64,000 nucleotides of DNA, taken from positions 81,523 to 145,522 of the IMG/VR virus record IMGVR_UViG_3300021387_000161; one strand, given 5' to 3'. Numbering within the stretch: the first letter of the stretch is position 1; the number at the start of each line of letters is the position of its first letter. A model generated the notes under the pieces. That model was not told where the DNA came from. It searched no databases and worked only from the letters and a program-made list of their open reading frames with translations. Below, one piece after another: positions 10,639 through 20,861 of this stretch. The stretch comes from a virus (lineage: Duplodnaviria; Caudoviricetes). Made by a program: the position numbers and the translations under genes.

Positions 10639-10752
10639 ATTATACTCAACTGAATCTCATAATATAAATTTATCATTTATTAGTTATCATCTTAATATCA
10701 TTCGTTAGTTATCTGGTGAGATTCTATTCTTTAATTATCTAATTATTATATA

Positions 10753-10762
10753 TAATTTAGCA
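10753..10762 (-). promoter_or_regulatory. Putative phage late promoter TGCTAAATTA
   Basis: Exact 10-mer found in five intergenic regions, each at the head of a minus-strand operon. Confidence 0.65.
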
Positions 10763-10781
10763 ATATTTATATCTTATTTTA

Positions 10782-11615
10782 TTATTTATACAATAACTTT
10801 TTAAGATCTATATATGCTCCTGTGCAAGCACTTGTTGGTGTGTTATGTAGTTTATTTTTATCTACTTTTATTCCTCTATTCTCTACTATTTTCTTAGCTT
10901 CATCATATAAACCATTTTTTACAGCTTCATCAAACATGTTTTGGACTAAATGTATATTTGCTTTGGCTTGAGATTCATACAAATATTCATCATCATATTC
11001 TTCTTCGTCTCCAAAAGCACCTTCTAAATAATCTATTACATCATTAGCTAAATCTTCATCTCCATAATTATGTACTATTTCGCTCCATACTTCTCTTAAT
11101 GAAATATCATATGGGTATAAGCTACTATATTCTTTACAAACGTCATCAAAGAGTTCATAATCATAAGACTCATCTAATCCACTTCCATTTCTGTTTCTAC
11201 TATATATAATCCTGCCACCGTTTTGTTCAATAAAGTTTAATAGTTGAGATTTATCCATTGCTTTAACTTGTGATACAAGATGTATAAAGTCATCTGACGA
11301 AATACTCTGGCAATAAACTTCACCATAATCTGTATCATCATTAAATATTACAATACAATTTATAGAATTCAATACTTTATTCTTATTTTCATCATATATC
11401 ATTTTAGAACTTGAAAGTAATTTTATTTCTTTTCCATCACCTAATTTTATCCAATTTTTATCATTAAACTTTAACAATCCATGTCTGTTATCCGCCATTG
11501 GCATTGCACCGTTTATATCTTCCATAAATGATTCATTCAATCTTCTACTCTTCTTTTTTTCTTGCTCTATGCCACTCATAGCATATAATCTATCTGTAAA
11601 TTCATTTAATTTCAT
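10782..11615 (-). CDS. Acidic putative internal head (cargo) polyprotein
   Basis: MKLNE|...RRLNE|SFME|...GLDE|S...YLYE|S sites divide it into about three domains. Confidence 0.5.
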   Translation of the reverse strand: MKLNEFTDRLYAMSGIEQEKKKSRRLNESFMEDINGAMPMADNRHGLLKFNDKNWIKLGDGKEIKLLSSSKMIYDENKNKVLNSINCIVIFNDDTDYGEVYCQSISSDDFIHLVSQVKAMDKSQLLNFIEQNGGRIIYSRNRNGSGLDESYDYELFDDVCKEYSSLYPYDISLREVWSEIVHNYGDEDLANDVIDYLEGAFGDEEEYDDEYLYESQAKANIHLVQNMFDEAVKNGLYDEAKKIVENRGIKVDKNKLHNTPTSACTGAYIDLKKLLYK

Positions 11616-11616
11616 T

Positions 11617-12147
11617 TTATTTCTCCCTAATTTGGAATATATAACTATTTATTTTTATACTTTTAGTATCAACGCCCACGTTGTTAGGGAAAGATATATT
11701 ATTATATCTCATCTTTGCAGATGTAATTATCTCCTTATTGGAAAAATTTACAACATCTAGTGTTACTGTCAATGGAAAATTATCAAATTTATTAACTATA
11801 TTTTTCCCTTCATACTGATTTATAGTACAAGTTATATTATATCTTATAGGTACCACATCATAATTTTTAGTGTATTCTATAAATATATCACCCTGTGATG
11901 ATTCTTTTATATTATTTGGATCTATATTATTGTCTATACAGAACTCTTCGGCTTCATCATAATAAGAAAAGGGTTCGGTAATTATTTGTGATGGATGCCT
12001 ATCAGAAAAATTAGTTTTAGAAGAAAATTTAAACTTATCTTTTAGCTCTACTCCCTTAGGAAGACCATCAAGATTGTCTTTTATATTATATTTAATATTC
12101 TCATTTATATTTTTACTTTCAAGTAATAAATCGCTTAATATACTCAT
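11617..12147 (-). CDS. Putative internal head protein with LxE leader
   Basis: Begins MSILSDLLLE|SKNINE|N. Confidence 0.45.
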   Translation of the reverse strand: MSILSDLLLESKNINENIKYNIKDNLDGLPKGVELKDKFKFSSKTNFSDRHPSQIITEPFSYYDEAEEFCIDNNIDPNNIKESSQGDIFIEYTKNYDVVPIRYNITCTINQYEGKNIVNKFDNFPLTVTLDVVNFSNKEIITSAKMRYNNISFPNNVGVDTKSIKINSYIFQIREK

Positions 12148-13100
12148 TAATCTAAATCCATTTCTACTTGATCTTCAAATTCTTTATCTGGCTTTGTAAA
12201 CCTATATTCGTTATTAGGTTTAAACCTACCTTTTTCTCTCGCTAATTGATTAGCTTTACTAATCCTATCTCCTGTAACTTTAGGTCCTTCTTCTGTATCT
12301 TCTATATATAATCCTGCTTTTGTTACTTTATCATATGTGGTATCAGTAACTTCCCCATACTCTTCTATATCACTATCTACCATATCTTGATATTCATTTA
12401 TTCTATCACCTAAATTAGAATCACCAGTTACATCTGTAATATCTAATTGAACTTCGGCATCAGGATCATATGGTTGCTGATATATTGCAGGATATATATA
12501 TTTTTGATATAATCTTTCATCATGTTCTTTCATATATTCTATATAATTATATATAACAGAACTTACTTTTATTAACCAACTACTATCACTTAATGCTAGA
12601 TTTATATGTTTACAACCTGGACCTTTTGTATCATTAGGATTAGTTATATCAGATGGTCTTAATTCTGGAGCTCCTACTAATATATTATTTTTTGTAGCCC
12701 AATATTTACCTCTATATCTAAAATCAGGACAAGTACAGTTTATATAAACATTATCTGCGTTAAAAGCTCTTACAAGTGCCCTTGAAATTATTTTTCTATC
12801 TAAAGATACTCCACCGTTAAGGAAATTATGTAGTTCATCTAAAAAACCAGAAAAAGATATTCTTACTACGTATATATCTGTCTCACCTTTAACATCTATA
12901 TCAACATCAATAATATCATCTTTAAATAATTTATTCATGTCAATAGAATTAAAGTTTTTTACAGATGCAGCAAGTCTTGAATACAGTCTTCTTTGGTATC
13001 TATTTTTTCCTTTAAACTGATTCCATATAACATAAGGATCACCAGTTTTTGATCTTGATAATAATTGACTTCTTTTATCTTCTAATAGTATATTCTTCAT
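12147..13100 (-). CDS. SWIM zinc-finger protein with LxE leader
   Basis: CTCPDF...GCKH (CxC-xn-CxH SWIM motif); begins MKNILLE|D. Confidence 0.7.
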   Translation of the reverse strand: MKNILLEDKRSQLLSRSKTGDPYVIWNQFKGKNRYQRRLYSRLAASVKNFNSIDMNKLFKDDIIDVDIDVKGETDIYVVRISFSGFLDELHNFLNGGVSLDRKIISRALVRAFNADNVYINCTCPDFRYRGKYWATKNNILVGAPELRPSDITNPNDTKGPGCKHINLALSDSSWLIKVSSVIYNYIEYMKEHDERLYQKYIYPAIYQQPYDPDAEVQLDITDVTGDSNLGDRINEYQDMVDSDIEEYGEVTDTTYDKVTKAGLYIEDTEEGPKVTGDRISKANQLAREKGRFKPNNEYRFTKPDKEFEDQVEMDLD

Positions 13101-13112
13101 TACATTAATAAA

Positions 13113-13139
13113 TAAGGGTGAGTAATTTACTCACCCTTA
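13113..13139 (-). terminator. Intrinsic terminator after the tail tube gene
   Basis: AAGGGTGAGTA / TACTCACCCTT hairpin followed by TTATTTATT on the minus strand. Confidence 0.75.
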
Positions 13140-13151
13140 AACTCTCTTTAA

Positions 13152-13721
13152 TTAGGTTGTATATTCTGGGTAAGCTCTATCATATTCAATAGTAACTGTA
13201 ATTTCTCTGCTACCATCTTGATCTGCTGACATATCTTGTTCAGATATACTTGAAATCCAACATCCTTCTAATTTCCATGTTCTTACAACATGGTCATAGT
13301 CTGGTGGATATTCTAATAAAGTACAATCATACTTATAGTCTTTTTGTAATCCTACATGTTGATCTTTAGGATCGCCTGACAGTGCTTGCCAAGCCATAAG
13401 TATATCTTTTGTTTCAGCGCCTATAAAATCATAACAAACAAGAGATCCAGATGAATAAGAAATAACTCCTGCGTATTTTACAGCTGTATTACCTCTTCTT
13501 ACTTCAATTGCATTTTGTGAGAAATGAGGCACAGAAGTTCCTTTTACAGAAAGTCTTATATAATCACTTGCCTTAGGAAATGTTTTAGTATCACTACCCC
13601 AGGCTGTAATATTATTTAAGGCCGCAGGTATTACAAATTCAAAGTTATTACCTCTCTGAATTTCATAGATCTCTTTGTTGGCAGCAAAATGATGAGCACC
13701 TTGATCTTGTCTAATTGGCAT
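13152..13721 (-). CDS. Tail tube protein (T4 gp19-like)
   Basis: VKYAG...WKLEGCWISSI...ITVTIEYD; directly downstream of the sheath gene. Confidence 0.85.
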   Translation of the reverse strand: MPIRQDQGAHHFAANKEIYEIQRGNNFEFVIPAALNNITAWGSDTKTFPKASDYIRLSVKGTSVPHFSQNAIEVRRGNTAVKYAGVISYSSGSLVCYDFIGAETKDILMAWQALSGDPKDQHVGLQKDYKYDCTLLEYPPDYDHVVRTWKLEGCWISSISEQDMSADQDGSREITVTIEYDRAYPEYTT

Positions 13722-13734
13722 TATTTAATCCTCT

Positions 13735-15774
13735 CTATTCTACTTCTGCGACATCAACTTCATTGTTCTCTATTTGAACAGTTAAATCAAATACTTCAAC
13801 GGAGTTAATAGGTCTAATCTGTATATTGGCTAATATCATATATGCTGGAACAGGTTCACCTGATTCTGGATTTATATTGAATTTAGTTAATTTGTAATCA
13901 CTTAATATACTATTAGAAATCATAGTATCAAGTATTGGTGAAATTAAACTCTTAAATTGAATCCAAAGAATATCTGTATTTTGCTCAAACAGTAATTGTT
14001 GTGAAGCTTCGTATAAAGTCTTTTTAATATCCGAAACAACATTTCTTATATTTAAGAATGAAGTAGCTTTTGTACCATTTCTATTATTTCTTAATGTTCT
14101 ATTACCCCAGATACAATAACCATACTGTCTAATATATGTTATAGGGTTAATTGAAATTAATGAATAATCTGGAACTAAGTCTGATGGTACAGTTTGATAT
14201 GAATCTGCTACATTATTTGTTAAAGCATAATTAGTATGTAATGAACCGAAGTAAGGTATTTTACCTCTAGATACACCAGCTACTGCTAACCATGGAGTTT
14301 GATTATTCTTAACCTGTGTTGCTAACGAAGATAAGTAAGCAAGTGATGCTGGCATAAATACATTAGGATTTTGACCCCTATCACCTGCTATTGAAGAATG
14401 AGTACATTCATACCATGGTGTAAACATAGCACCATATGAGGCAGTAATAGAGGACATACTAGAGAATTGATCTCTTACTTGACTAATAACTGATAAAGTA
14501 TCTGATTCATAAATTGTTCTACCAGGATTATCTGTATGGTCTATTAATGCTACTGAATCATGTCTTTCATAAGCCATATTAATCATAGCTTCAGCTAATC
14601 CTGAGCTAACTTTAGTTACTCCAGTTACACTATCTGTTGATAATCTTCCATATTCAAAAGTAGGATAACCACCAGAAGTGATATATTTAATTGAATAATC
14701 ACCCATACTATCGAATGAATAATCTGGATTATCTGGATTACCCATAAATCTTTTTGATAATCCAGTATACATGCTATCTAATGATTCATCAGCTCCAATA
14801 TACCAAATAGTATCATCACTTGTTACATCTGCCAATGTTCTATACTGTATTGTAGGATTAGTACATTTTACGTATGAATTATTTGAAAAATAATACCAAC
14901 CCTGATCATATGGACTAATGTATGTATCAGTAGTACCACTTGACTCTGTAGTTGTTCCATACATTGCCAATGCTGAATTAAAATCACTAGCTAATTCTAC
15001 AATATCATAATTATTAGCACTGTTCATTTGTTCATAGTATACAGGCATACCTAATGATAATAGATATAAAGCATATCTATATCCAGGATCCATATCACCT
15101 ACAGCAAACATTGGTGATGTACTTTCTATTACTTGATAATAACTTTTTATAGAAGTTCCATCATTAGCAACGCCTATTTGTGTATCACTAGATTTATAAG
15201 GCGATGTAGTATTTCCACCTTCATACCAATTTTGTTCTAACGGACTTATGTTAGATTCATATACTAAGTTACCTGAATCTGGACCATATGTTTCTATATA
15301 TGTACTTCCATCTTCAACCGGCAAAGTAGAATAAGTTACAGTCCAACCGTCTGTATCAGAACCTGTAACTAAGAAATAATTTATACCGTCTTCAGGCTCC
15401 CAATCTACACCTACTTCATCTGAAGAAATATCTACTAATCTGTAGAAATGTGATAATCCATCTTCGTTATTCCTATCAGCAAATTTAGTTAAATTCATTG
15501 GAGTATTATCTAACACTAATGCTCTATAATTAGGAATTGCATAGGTTGGAAATCCATTTGATGTTAATGTAGCTTCTGGATAACCTTGTTCTGACGTAAA
15601 TGTTATAGGGCTATCGCCAAATAAATTTATAAATTGATATTTTGATGTAACTAATGTTGGAGTTCTAAACAAATCTGGATTATTTCCAAATCCTGGGACG
15701 TATGCTACATCATAGGAAGATAGTGTTTCCACATTAAATGTATTATCTTCTTCTCGAATTATAATTCTTTCCAT
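13735..15774 (-). CDS. Contractile tail sheath protein (gp18-like)
   Basis: PWLAVAGVSRG, INPI...IWGNRTL, LNIR, LLFEQN C-terminal sheath motifs. Confidence 0.9.
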   Translation of the reverse strand: MERIIIREEDNTFNVETLSSYDVAYVPGFGNNPDLFRTPTLVTSKYQFINLFGDSPITFTSEQGYPEATLTSNGFPTYAIPNYRALVLDNTPMNLTKFADRNNEDGLSHFYRLVDISSDEVGVDWEPEDGINYFLVTGSDTDGWTVTYSTLPVEDGSTYIETYGPDSGNLVYESNISPLEQNWYEGGNTTSPYKSSDTQIGVANDGTSIKSYYQVIESTSPMFAVGDMDPGYRYALYLLSLGMPVYYEQMNSANNYDIVELASDFNSALAMYGTTTESSGTTDTYISPYDQGWYYFSNNSYVKCTNPTIQYRTLADVTSDDTIWYIGADESLDSMYTGLSKRFMGNPDNPDYSFDSMGDYSIKYITSGGYPTFEYGRLSTDSVTGVTKVSSGLAEAMINMAYERHDSVALIDHTDNPGRTIYESDTLSVISQVRDQFSSMSSITASYGAMFTPWYECTHSSIAGDRGQNPNVFMPASLAYLSSLATQVKNNQTPWLAVAGVSRGKIPYFGSLHTNYALTNNVADSYQTVPSDLVPDYSLISINPITYIRQYGYCIWGNRTLRNNRNGTKATSFLNIRNVVSDIKKTLYEASQQLLFEQNTDILWIQFKSLISPILDTMISNSILSDYKLTKFNINPESGEPVPAYMILANIQIRPINSVEVFDLTVQIENNEVDVAEVE

Positions 15775-15805
15775 TAAATTTTAGTCTCCATTTTAATTGT
15801 AAGAA

Positions 15806-16513
15806 TTAAGAATTTTGTTGTTTCCAAGATGTACCTCCACAAATTGGACATACAGTAGGAGTTTCAAATGTTTGGTATGCATATCCACAATCTAAACATA
15901 CAAAATTCTTAACCTCGTATGTGTCATCTATCCTTATTTCAATTTCCGCGTTGCGGTGTTGTCTTACATCCCACAAATAAGCATCGTCTATAGAAATTAT
16001 AACAGACATAACTGTTAAATTACCTTCTATAAATCTTTCAGACATATTAGAATTATCATTTATAGTATTACTACCTAATGAAATTCTAGCGGTATGTTTC
16101 ATATCTGCGTCTGGAACGGAAACTGTCATTGCAGGATAATTAACTATGTTAAAAATCAAATTCCTCATCAGTATGTCTGCTTCTTCTGCTCTTCTTGCAT
16201 ATACATCTATTTGATATGTAAGAGATATTGGAATAGCATTTACTATCTTCATGGAATTCGTTTCTTCATCATATGATCTATCAATACCATCATATGATAG
16301 TGGCCTTCTTGTTCTTCCTTCATTTATTATTTCATAACCCATATCTCTACTGATAGATATTAAAGGTAACTTAATTTTAGAATCAGCATTTTCATCAGCT
16401 ATGAGTTCAAATAATCTTCTTGTTTCTGAAGGCCCATAAACTTGAGTTTTAGAACTAGAAGTCCATTTTTTAAATTTTTCTACTAATGCTTTATCATATA
16501 AATATGATGACAT
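15806..16513 (-). CDS. Tail terminator/sheath stabiliser (gp15-like) with C-terminal rubredoxin-like Zn ribbon
   Basis: KLPLISISR...PISLTYQIDVY; CLDCG...CPICG; position between neck and sheath. Confidence 0.65.
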   Translation of the reverse strand: MSSYLYDKALVEKFKKWTSSSKTQVYGPSETRRLFELIADENADSKIKLPLISISRDMGYEIINEGRTRRPLSYDGIDRSYDEETNSMKIVNAIPISLTYQIDVYARRAEEADILMRNLIFNIVNYPAMTVSVPDADMKHTARISLGSNTINDNSNMSERFIEGNLTVMSVIISIDDAYLWDVRQHRNAEIEIRIDDTYEVKNFVCLDCGYAYQTFETPTVCPICGGTSWKQQNS

Positions 16514-16516
16514 TTA

Positions 16517-17086
16517 TTAATCTCCATCTAAAGTTAATTGACTTTCTAATTCTTCAATCTCTGTAGTCATTGGTCTAATATTTTCTGTTCCTAATATATT
16601 AAGTTTTTCTGAATCAATTAATTCATCAATGTCTTTACCATTTGCTAATGATTCAAAATCATCAAAATATTCTGGAACTATTTCACAAGTTATAGATGAT
16701 GGATAAACTATTTCATTAACCATCTTAACTACTCTAAATAATCTTCCTTTACCATCATCTAGTCCACTTGGAACTATGAATAATGCTCCTTGTTGAAGTC
16801 CTGGTAAATCATAATCAACATGTATAAATGAAGAATTTTCATTTAACTCTGATACCCAACCTATTTTTCTTAATGTTTGCTGTGTTGGGTGTTCATCAAA
16901 TATACACCCAACCATAATTGGATCTTCATAATTAGATTCTAATTCTCTATAAGTTGTATATGTTTTACCAGTTTTGGGGGCTCTGTATAAAACCCTTATC
17001 CCTAAGAGCTTACACATTTCTCTAAAATATTGTCTATTTATCTTTATATCTGGAGTTAATAACTGACCATATTTTTGGTTTTCCAT
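16517..17086 (-). CDS. Neck/head-closure protein (gp14-like)
   Basis: EMCKLLGIRVLY...; position upstream of the gp15-like gene. Confidence 0.55.
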   Translation of the reverse strand: MENQKYGQLLTPDIKINRQYFREMCKLLGIRVLYRAPKTGKTYTTYRELESNYEDPIMVGCIFDEHPTQQTLRKIGWVSELNENSSFIHVDYDLPGLQQGALFIVPSGLDDGKGRLFRVVKMVNEIVYPSSITCEIVPEYFDDFESLANGKDIDELIDSEKLNILGTENIRPMTTEIEELESQLTLDGD

Positions 17087-17107
17087 TTATTATCTCCTGT
17101 TGTTATG

Positions 17108-17701
17108 TTATTCACTTATAAATAACCATACTATTGGTTTGTTATTATCATCAAAACCAATAGGTTTAGGATATACCCAAAAGTTATTAGTAAGTAATTC
17201 TTTAGGAATATTTTCTTTATTAAGATATTTGTCGTCTATACTAGAAATATCACATAATGAGAATATATACTCATCCCATAAATCAAGAATATTTACAGGC
17301 TTTATATCATCATTATAATCACCCATTGGATGTTTAATATAGTTTTGATACTGAAGAAGTGTTGGATCTATTATTTTTGTATTTTTACGAAAACCCTCAC
17401 TAAAAGCTTTTTCTGAATTATTTATATGTAATACAGTATGATCACTACTAAATATGTTTACATAACCATCTGTAACATCGAATGCTCCAATATAAACATG
17501 ATTTATAATTTCTAAGCCTAATTTATTTACTATTTCAGGCTCATTATTCATTATATATTCACATACTTCTTCACATATAGGACGTTGAAAATAGTCACTA
17601 GAAAATTCATCTGCAAGAGAAAATTCTAAATATTCCTTTATATTTTTATAATTGTTATCTTCTAGAATAAAAGCCTCATGAATCGCGTTATTTATATCCA
17701 T
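17108..17701 (-). CDS. Putative internal head protein with IxE leader
   Basis: Begins MDINNAIHE|AFILE|D. Confidence 0.45.
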   Translation of the reverse strand: MDINNAIHEAFILEDNNYKNIKEYLEFSLADEFSSDYFQRPICEEVCEYIMNNEPEIVNKLGLEIINHVYIGAFDVTDGYVNIFSSDHTVLHINNSEKAFSEGFRKNTKIIDPTLLQYQNYIKHPMGDYNDDIKPVNILDLWDEYIFSLCDISSIDDKYLNKENIPKELLTNNFWVYPKPIGFDDNNKPIVWLFISE

Positions 17702-17714
17702 GATTATTTCCTCT

Positions 17715-18257
17715 TTAAAGGTTGAAATGGTTTAACATATCATCGTATAACTGATCATGGTCGCTGATCCAATTAATTAAATCTGATAATTGATAATGTG
17801 CTAACTCTTCATCACAATACTTATCATTAACATCAATATGGAAGAAATTACATATATCCTCAAATGCTTGGTTATGATCACTAAGCCAATCAATTAGTTC
17901 ACGTTTATTAATATGATAAATAGAACGTGGTTGTCTTGCCTCATCAATCTTTGTTGACTCGTCCAATTCAGGAAAATCATCTTTATAATGTTGACTATAG
18001 ACATCCGTTATATCTTCTATGTTGCTACCTAGTAATTCAACACCCTCTAAGCCATGTTTTAATTCCCACTCAAACCCAGACATTATATCGTCTGGTTGTG
18101 AATTAGGTTCCTCGGAATCTGTATCATACATAATATCAAATGATATTTGTGCTACCCTCTTTGCTCCTTCAGTAAGTTTTACAGATTCTTTTCCTGTATT
18201 ACTAGAATCTTCTTCCAATCTTAACGATTCCTGTAATATTTCTGTAATACTTTTCAT
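17715..18257 (-). CDS. Putative two-module internal head protein
   Basis: MKSITE|ILQE|SLRLEE|...KLTE|G ... LDE|STKIDE|A; internal repeat LIDWLSDHNQ / LINWISDHDQ. Confidence 0.5.
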   Translation of the reverse strand: MKSITEILQESLRLEEDSSNTGKESVKLTEGAKRVAQISFDIMYDTDSEEPNSQPDDIMSGFEWELKHGLEGVELLGSNIEDITDVYSQHYKDDFPELDESTKIDEARQPRSIYHINKRELIDWLSDHNQAFEDICNFFHIDVNDKYCDEELAHYQLSDLINWISDHDQLYDDMLNHFNL

Positions 18258-18261
18258 TGTC

Positions 18262-20091
18262 TTATTTCCTTTTTACTGTACCGTAAACTCTTACAGATTC
18301 ATTAAGATCATTCTTGCCCTTGTAATTATAATTTAATGATTCACAAACAAGTGATTTATCGTTTACAGAACAATTAAGTTTAAAAGTTTTTTTGCCCTTA
18401 CTTATTTGCTTATTATAACCTTCAAGTTTTAATTTGCCATTTTCAGAAGTTTTAGGAGAGAAAACAAATTGAGTATCTTTTTCATTACCTGAATCAAATC
18501 CAATTTTACCTTCTATGATAAACTCTTTACTTTCATTTAAAGAAATATTAGAAGTTTTAAATGAAGTTACATTTTCGTAACATCTTTTAAGATAAGATTC
18601 ACCTAATTCATCAAATGATTCCTCATCAAATTCCTCAAAATCTTCATCTGATTCAGGTTCTTCTAAATCAAAATCTTCGTCTGAAAATTCTTCTTCAGGA
18701 ATTTCTTCTTCATCTTCTTCGTCATTTAATTCAACGGCATCTTCTACATCAAGCTCTGTATCAGGCTCGATAGGAGCTATCATTTCTTCACCTTCAAAAG
18801 GTTCTTCTACTGATTCATCTTCTTTAGGAGAAGTTTCAACAACTACACCACCATCTTCTTTAGTGGTCATTGTGATATTTTCATCGTCTGTATTTATTGA
18901 AACATCTTCAATACCTTCTTCAAGCTCTTTCTTATCTTCACAGCCTTCTGAGAAAGTATCTTGGATCTTATCTCCAATCTTACCACCTACAAAACTACCA
19001 ACAGCACCACCAACAGGACCACCTATTGCAGTTCCTACTGCCTTTCCAGCAAGTTTACCGCCAATAGTTCCTTCAACACCTTCTTCAACTTTTTCAGCTG
19101 GAGTAATTAATGAAACCATTTCTTTCTGTTCATCTGCAGGAGCTCTTAAGAAAATCTCATCAACAGGTTCTGTTTCATCACCATACTTTGACAAAATAGC
19201 ATACATCTTATCAAAACCAGGATTATTAGCATTATTTGCATCATCATGGTACTTTAGAAATGTATCTACAAGACCTTCTTCCATAATTTCTGGGTCACCA
19301 CATTCTTCTAAAGATTCATCTAATTTATAAGAATATTCAACTTTCTTACCTTTTCTTAGTTTTTTATCTTCTCTTTTTAATTCGGCTATAGTGGCTTTAG
19401 CTTCTCTTTCTGTTTTTACCCTTGCTATTTCACCATCTACATCTGATTCTACTACCCATGGAGTACCTTGCTTCTTGGCTTCATTTAACTCTGTGTACTT
19501 TGGCCCACGAATCTCATCATTGCCTTCTAAATCATCAACAGCAGCAATTGGTCCATCAGCACCATTAATTTCTTCATCCCCACGAAGTTCTTTTACTTCA
19601 TCAGCTTTAAGACCTTCTTCTAATTCTTCGTCATCTTCAGGTTCTTCGGCTTCTATTTCAATGTCAACTTCTTCTTCCTCAGGAATTTCTCCAGTTTCAA
19701 CATCTTCAAGATCAACATCTTCTTCTTCCTGATAAGGTTTTACTTCACCTATAATAGTATAACCTTCATTTGACATACAATAAGGACATTCTATTTCTGT
19801 GCAACATAATCCATCTTCATCTTCTGTAATATCTTCTTTATTAAAGAATACATTACTATGACATACATTACAATCTAATATTACTTTGCCTATATAGGAC
19901 TGCTTTAAATCTTCTTTAGCTTCAGCTTCTAAATCATATACATCAGAAATTAATTCATCATCCTCTGCAGCATTAATAGTATCTAAAAAAGATTCTGTAT
20001 TTTCAGGATTAATAGCATCTAATGAAAGTTCTTCCACATCTTCAGTTAAATAAACTTGTTTGAATGCCTCTTGAATAAAACTATTATTCAT
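18262..20091 (-). CDS. Very acidic prohead core/cargo polyprotein with Zn ribbon and glycine-zipper segment
   Basis: CNVC...CPYC; many LxE/IxE sites; GGKLAGKAVGTAIGGPVGGAVGSFVGG. Confidence 0.5.
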   Translation of the reverse strand: MNNSFIQEAFKQVYLTEDVEELSLDAINPENTESFLDTINAAEDDELISDVYDLEAEAKEDLKQSYIGKVILDCNVCHSNVFFNKEDITEDEDGLCCTEIECPYCMSNEGYTIIGEVKPYQEEEDVDLEDVETGEIPEEEEVDIEIEAEEPEDDEELEEGLKADEVKELRGDEEINGADGPIAAVDDLEGNDEIRGPKYTELNEAKKQGTPWVVESDVDGEIARVKTEREAKATIAELKREDKKLRKGKKVEYSYKLDESLEECGDPEIMEEGLVDTFLKYHDDANNANNPGFDKMYAILSKYGDETEPVDEIFLRAPADEQKEMVSLITPAEKVEEGVEGTIGGKLAGKAVGTAIGGPVGGAVGSFVGGKIGDKIQDTFSEGCEDKKELEEGIEDVSINTDDENITMTTKEDGGVVVETSPKEDESVEEPFEGEEMIAPIEPDTELDVEDAVELNDEEDEEEIPEEEFSDEDFDLEEPESDEDFEEFDEESFDELGESYLKRCYENVTSFKTSNISLNESKEFIIEGKIGFDSGNEKDTQFVFSPKTSENGKLKLEGYNKQISKGKKTFKLNCSVNDKSLVCESLNYNYKGKNDLNESVRVYGTVKRK

Positions 20092-20106
20092 TAAATTAAT
20101 CTCCTA

Positions 20107-20841
20107 TTAATCTATAGGGTATGTTAGTTCTGAATTTTGAAGTAACATCTCCCTTAAATTATTTAATTCTTCTCTTCCTTCAGCAAGGATTGTGTCACCA
20201 TCTCCTTGCCATAAAGCATTACTTTGTGTGTATCTCGTTCTTATTCTTCCAACTGTAACTTTAGTTAAAGCTATAGCTAGTCTCATAAGCATATCTATCC
20301 AATATGTAGATTTAATTTCATCTACATCATGAATAACAGGAATATATTCTATAGTTATATTTGCTGGAGTCCCATTTGGAACATTTATATATAACTTATT
20401 TGAATCTTTATCAAATCTAAACGCTAAATCTGTAGATGTAGTATTCCTCATTTGTTGTAATGTTGTCCAAGCTCCATAATTGTATACGGCATCTTGGAAA
20501 TACATTATATTACCCATACCACTTAATAATTGCCATTGAGCAACTTGCATAGGATCAACAGAGGATTCACCAGCCTCAGTAGTACCAGCTAAATCTTCAG
20601 TTCTATATACCATAACTACAGAATTAACATCTATACTTACATTATTAGTATCTTCTGGATTAGATAAATCTATACAAGATTTATAAGGTATTGTTATCAA
20701 TCTTGCATGATTTATATATCTTTGAAGTTCTCTTAATGCACTTTTGATAATTTTATTCAACGTATCATCATCTAACTCAGATTCCAAAATATCCCCAGTT
20801 AATTTTAATCTTATCTCATCTCTAAAATCATCAATATGCAT
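20107..20841 (-). CDS. Neck protein (T4 gp13-like)
   Basis: IRLKLTG...ELDDDTLNKII..AL; W...LAIALTK..VGRIRTRY...DGDTILAEGREELNNL pattern. Confidence 0.75.
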   Translation of the reverse strand: MHIDDFRDEIRLKLTGDILESELDDDTLNKIIKSALRELQRYINHARLITIPYKSCIDLSNPEDTNNVSIDVNSVVMVYRTEDLAGTTEAGESSVDPMQVAQWQLLSGMGNIMYFQDAVYNYGAWTTLQQMRNTTSTDLAFRFDKDSNKLYINVPNGTPANITIEYIPVIHDVDEIKSTYWIDMLMRLAIALTKVTVGRIRTRYTQSNALWQGDGDTILAEGREELNNLREMLLQNSELTYPID

Positions 20842-20861
20842 TATTTTACCTTAATAAATAT

